Assembly: GCA_965208905.1 (NCBI GenBank)
Contig: OZ242365.1
Location: 1,984,001 to 2,048,000, forward strand
Length of the DNA stretch: 64,000 nucleotides
Source: Nitrosopumilaceae archaeon
Lineage (GTDB): Archaea > Thermoproteota > Nitrososphaeria > Nitrososphaerales > Nitrosopumilaceae
Direction of reading: 5' to 3'
Below the pieces are notes generated by a model, which was not told the origin of the DNA, made no database searches, and was given only the letters and a program-made list of their open reading frames with translations. Below, piece after piece: positions 60,464-64,000 of the stretch. The position numbers and the translations under genes are program-made. Within the stretch, counting starts at the first letter, position 1; every line of letters starts with the position of its first letter.

Positions 60464-61579
60464 TTATTGCGCAACGCCTCCGGTATTTCCAACACCGATT
60501 ACAAGTACGGTATCATCTTGTGATGTGTTCTCTACTATTGTGTCTTGTATGTGTCTTATAGATACAGGTATGCTCTTGTATATTGTATCGGTCATTAAAG
60601 ATATGGACTCTTTTATGGACTGTTTTATGACAACGCAAAATATTGGAATATTATTCTTGGTGGCTATCTCTTCTATACCAAAGCGCTCCACGCCACTCCC
60701 ACCTATGGCCGCACCAAAACCCCGGTATACAGAACCAGACTCTTCACCCTCCATCTTTAATGCAGCATCCACCATTATTATGACATCTATATCATACTGT
60801 TTTATGATTGACTCAAGAGCCTCATCGGGCTTTCCGGTTACCGGTTCAGGGCCTTTGGGTTTTAAAAGTATCGTACGCCTCCCCTCAATCTCAGACTCGG
60901 CATATATCATCTTATATGATATCGGTTTGTGCGGTATATTACACATCATGTATCCCACAACGGCTGGCCCTATACCGTCCCCCACAGGCTGCCCTTCTGT
61001 AAATGCTGTCATGCCATCGCGCAAAGCTTCTGCCTGCTCCATCACAAAGGGCAGTTCCATCTGTAGTGGCAGTATGAGTGGATAGTTCTTTTGTTTCTTT
61101 GCAGTCAAATATAGATGACTTACAACCTTGTGTATCATCTTTAATGTGGAGCTTATCTCCAACAGTGTCTGCACTCTTGCCCGCTCCACTTCATTGGCCT
61201 GTGACAGTATTGTTTCAATTCTGTTTCTGGTGTACGACTCTTTATTCCATAATACAGCACGAACCTTGGGCACTATTCCGGATGTATCCATATCTTGGGG
61301 AGGTACAACAAAATAATCTATCATGGACTCTATATTCTGTTTTGCGAATGAATCTGCACCTGGTAGTTTATCCACATACGCAAGCGTCTCCTTTATGGAC
61401 TGCACCCCAAAATCATTTAGTTTTTTGATCTCTTTTTTAATCTCATAAGAAGTTATCAGTAACTGAATTCTCTGCCCATAAAATACAAAGAGTATTAGTG
61501 GCAGTACCCACACCAGCATCATAAGTGTGCTGGTGTCATCACCAAAACTCAGAAGCTCATCAAACTCAGTGAGGTTCAT
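60464..61579 (-). CDS. DUF1512 family protein
   Basis: PVGDGIGP, VDAALKMEGE, VIGVGNTGGVAQ; map-DUF1512-tbp neighbourhood. Confidence 0.88.
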   Translation of the reverse strand: MNLTEFDELLSFGDDTSTLMMLVWVLPLILFVFYGQRIQLLITSYEIKKEIKKLNDFGVQSIKETLAYVDKLPGADSFAKQNIESMIDYFVVPPQDMDTSGIVPKVRAVLWNKESYTRNRIETILSQANEVERARVQTLLEISSTLKMIHKVVSHLYLTAKKQKNYPLILPLQMELPFVMEQAEALRDGMTAFTEGQPVGDGIGPAVVGYMMCNIPHKPISYKMIYAESEIEGRRTILLKPKGPEPVTGKPDEALESIIKQYDIDVIIMVDAALKMEGEESGSVYRGFGAAIGGSGVERFGIEEIATKNNIPIFCVVIKQSIKESISLMTDTIYKSIPVSIRHIQDTIVENTSQDDTVLVIGVGNTGGVAQ

Positions 61580-61588
61580 TACTACTCC

Positions 61589-62149
61589 TTAGCTGTACAG
61601 CATCAAATCTTTCTCTTCCAGCATGGAGTGCAGGTTGTTCACTGATCTATATACGTCTGGTTCTCTTTTGGCTCCAGTACAGACTAGCTTGCCTGATGAG
61701 AATAACAGTATGACGGTCTTTGGGTCCAACATGCGGTGTATGAGACCTGGAAACTGCTCTGGTTCATACATGCTTCGGGGAAGTGTTCTAGCTGCCTGCT
61801 CCAAATGTATGCGGCCGCCCAAATTTATGGACGCAACAATGTTTTGTACCTCAACTATGGCATCCTGCTTTACCTCTATGCCGCCGGCTCGCAGTCTATC
61901 CACTACAGTCTTGACGGCACGACGGGCCATATCTTCAGACTTGGAGCCTGTACAGACCATCTTGCCGGATGTAAATATCAATGTGGCCGTCTTGGGTGTA
62001 GATAACCGAAAGACCAGACCTGGAAACTGATCCGGGTGATACTCTACATCAGTAAATGTTCGCGTAATCTCGTTGAGATCCATTTTTTGTTCTACAGATG
62101 CCGATGCTACAACATTCTCTATACTGACAACGGGTTTTGTCTGTGGCAA
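61589..62149 (-). CDS. tbp: TATA-box binding protein
   Basis: Two repeats: NVVAS..YHPDQFPGL..SGKMVCTG and NIVAS..YEPEQFPGL..SGKLVCTG. Confidence 0.98.
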   Translation of the reverse strand: MPQTKPVVSIENVVASASVEQKMDLNEITRTFTDVEYHPDQFPGLVFRLSTPKTATLIFTSGKMVCTGSKSEDMARRAVKTVVDRLRAGGIEVKQDAIVEVQNIVASINLGGRIHLEQAARTLPRSMYEPEQFPGLIHRMLDPKTVILLFSSGKLVCTGAKREPDVYRSVNNLHSMLEEKDLMLYS

Positions 62150-62253
62150 TATAGATGATGATTTATATACACTCTATAAATATTGATATAGCAACTGATC
62201 ATATCATCAATACTAAACATCATGACACAAAGGCCGTTCTGATATATACAATG

Positions 62254-62339
62254 ATGCTGTACCGCCCTATAGACTGTCTTGGGTTCCTCTTACACACAAG
62301 TTTGGGTGATGCCACATATTTGAGATGGTCTGTCAGCAT
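62254..62339. repeat. palindromic element of the dispersed family
   Basis: ATAGACTGTCTT/GAGATGGTCTGT helix; contains TIR-like GGTTCCTCTTACACACAAGTTTGGGTGATG (62282-62311). Confidence 0.5.
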
Positions 62340-62433
62340 GGTTGATCCTCAAGTTATGTGCCATATTGCATGGAGTAGGATTCACATCAAATCATACACA
62401 TCCCTGATGTGTAATCATCGTTTTTATCTGCCA

Positions 62434-63396
62434 CTATGATATTAGCATGGACTGGACGATATTTGATATATCAACAGTGGGTTTGCCATCTTTGGATATC
62501 GATTGGCGGGATGGAGGATTCTCTGGATAGTTGGGTATGTTGGTCTGTATACGCTGTGAAAATGTCGATATTGTTTCATTTTTATAAAATATTCCAGTGG
62601 GTATTTTATCACCCCAGTCTAGTGATCTGATCAGGGCCTGAGACAGCTTCTCATCCATCTCAGACTCACTGGCATAATGTACTACGGGATCGTATCCGGT
62701 ATCTTCAAGCTTGTATATTCTAGAGTGACGTGAGACAGCATCCTCCATGTCAAGGCCCGCATACCAGTCGCGTGTATTGATATCATTATACGTTGGGCAT
62801 GGTTGCAGAACAGCCAAAAACGATGTGCCCTTATGCGCTATGGCCTGCATTATCATGCTTTTTAGGTGTCGTATGTCATACGAGTAGGCGCGTGCCACAA
62901 AGGTGTATCCAGACGTTATGGCCAGACCTATCGGGTTTACATTATAGTTTATGTTGGGTTTGGGCAGCGATTTGGGTTGCTCCCAGAGTTTCAGTGTAGG
63001 AGATGCCTGGCCCTTTGTCAGGCCATAAACACCATTGTCAAACACAATATATGTAAAGTCTATATCACGACGCCCTGCAGCTACAAAATGACCAGCGCCA
63101 ATTCCCAGACCGTCACCATCACCTCCCACGGCTACAACCGTCAAATCTGGATTTGCCACTTTGGCTCCCTGCGCAAAGGGCAGTACACGGCCATGTAACG
63201 TATGAATACCATATGTATTGACAAAATGAACTGTCTTGCCAGAACAACCCACACCAGAAAAGATTGCTGTTCTGTCACGTTCAATACCCATCTCGGCCAG
63301 AGACATCTGTAGTGCGTTCACTATACCAAAGTCGCCACACCCCGGACACCAATCGTTGTGTACATCAGTCTTGTAGTCTGCTACTTTAAGCGCCAT
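62434..63396 (-). CDS. korB: 2-oxoacid:ferredoxin oxidoreductase beta subunit
   Basis: WCPGCG, GVGCS, TLHGR, GDGD, YGLTKGQASPT, QPCPTYN. Confidence 0.96.
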   Translation of the reverse strand: MALKVADYKTDVHNDWCPGCGDFGIVNALQMSLAEMGIERDRTAIFSGVGCSGKTVHFVNTYGIHTLHGRVLPFAQGAKVANPDLTVVAVGGDGDGLGIGAGHFVAAGRRDIDFTYIVFDNGVYGLTKGQASPTLKLWEQPKSLPKPNINYNVNPIGLAITSGYTFVARAYSYDIRHLKSMIMQAIAHKGTSFLAVLQPCPTYNDINTRDWYAGLDMEDAVSRHSRIYKLEDTGYDPVVHYASESEMDEKLSQALIRSLDWGDKIPTGIFYKNETISTFSQRIQTNIPNYPENPPSRQSISKDGKPTVDISNIVQSMLIS

Positions 63397-64000
63397 GCAT
63401 CAGTATCCTCCTCTTGGGTGATGTACCATGTATTATGTCTAGTAGTGAGTCACGTATCTCTTCACAGGTCATTGCTCTGCCTGTATACTTTAAGATATAA
63501 TGGTTTATGGGGATGTTCAGGTTCTGCGCAAACAGTTTTCCCATCTGAGCCGTCTGGTTCGACTCTACATCTATTATAACACGGGCCCCATTTAGTAGTC
63601 GCTGGACGCACTCTGTCGGGAACGGGTGTAGCATCTTTATCTGTACAAATCCCACTGTTATGCCTTCTTGCTGCAACATCTCTAGAGCGTCAAGTATGGG
63701 ACCCTTTGTAGAACCCCAAGATATTATAGTATACTCGCCTGTGGCATGAGATACGGCCTGCTCCGCATCTGGCACCTGCTGTAGAATCAAATCCAGTCGG
63801 TCCAGACGTTTATCCATCATCATCTGGCGCACCACTGGATCTTCGGTGATATGACCCACCTCGTCGGACTCATCACCCGTATTCCAAAATATACCATCCT
63901 TTAGGCCCAGATAGGATCTGGGAGATATCCCATCCCCGCCCAATTGAAATCGTTTGTATTCACCCTCAACACCATCTAATAGTTTGCCGCGGTTTATGGT
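63386..64000 (-). CDS. korA: 2-oxoacid:ferredoxin oxidoreductase alpha subunit, C-terminal part (runs off the window)
   Basis: GISPRS, ISWGSTKG, HPFP, VESNQTAQ; upstream of and overlapping korB. Confidence 0.93.
   Translation of the reverse strand, partial: TINRGKLLDGVEGEYKRFQLGGDGISPRSYLGLKDGIFWNTGDESDEVGHITEDPVVRQMMMDKRLDRLDLILQQVPDAEQAVSHATGEYTIISWGSTKGPILDALEMLQQEGITVGFVQIKMLHPFPTECVQRLLNGARVIIDVESNQTAQMGKLFAQNLNIPINHYILKYTGRAMTCEEIRDSLLDIIHGTSPKRRILMHGA

Overview
A 64-kb piece of an archaeal chromosome, most likely from Nitrososphaerota (Thaumarchaeota, Nitrosopumilaceae-like). Support: topoisomerase IB, a CFI-box-CTERM protein, the rpl21e-rpoF-DUF655-ksgA operon, TBP, proteasome alpha and Sec61beta. 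A host-associated lineage is plausible given the IS elements, pseudogenes, TPR protein and secreted metzincin, but that is inference. Most of the window is housekeeping. A ~16-kb accessory/defence island lies between the convergent tRNA-Ser(GCT) and tRNA-Arg(CCG) genes. It holds a Fic protein, a type I R-M system with two HsdM subunits (NPPF and NPPY), a decayed IS5, a solo OLD-like ATPase-TOPRIM nuclease, a perfect 37-bp repeat / 35-bp spacer / 37-bp repeat unit with no cas genes, and gene debris. Other notable items are a family of degenerate palindromic intergenic elements with IS6-like ends, two homologous structured elements with compensatory substitutions, a tRNA-Met with a non-canonical 30/31 intron, an IS481 element and an apparent CC->CT mutation signature. 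All calls come from reading motifs by eye; no database searches were run.
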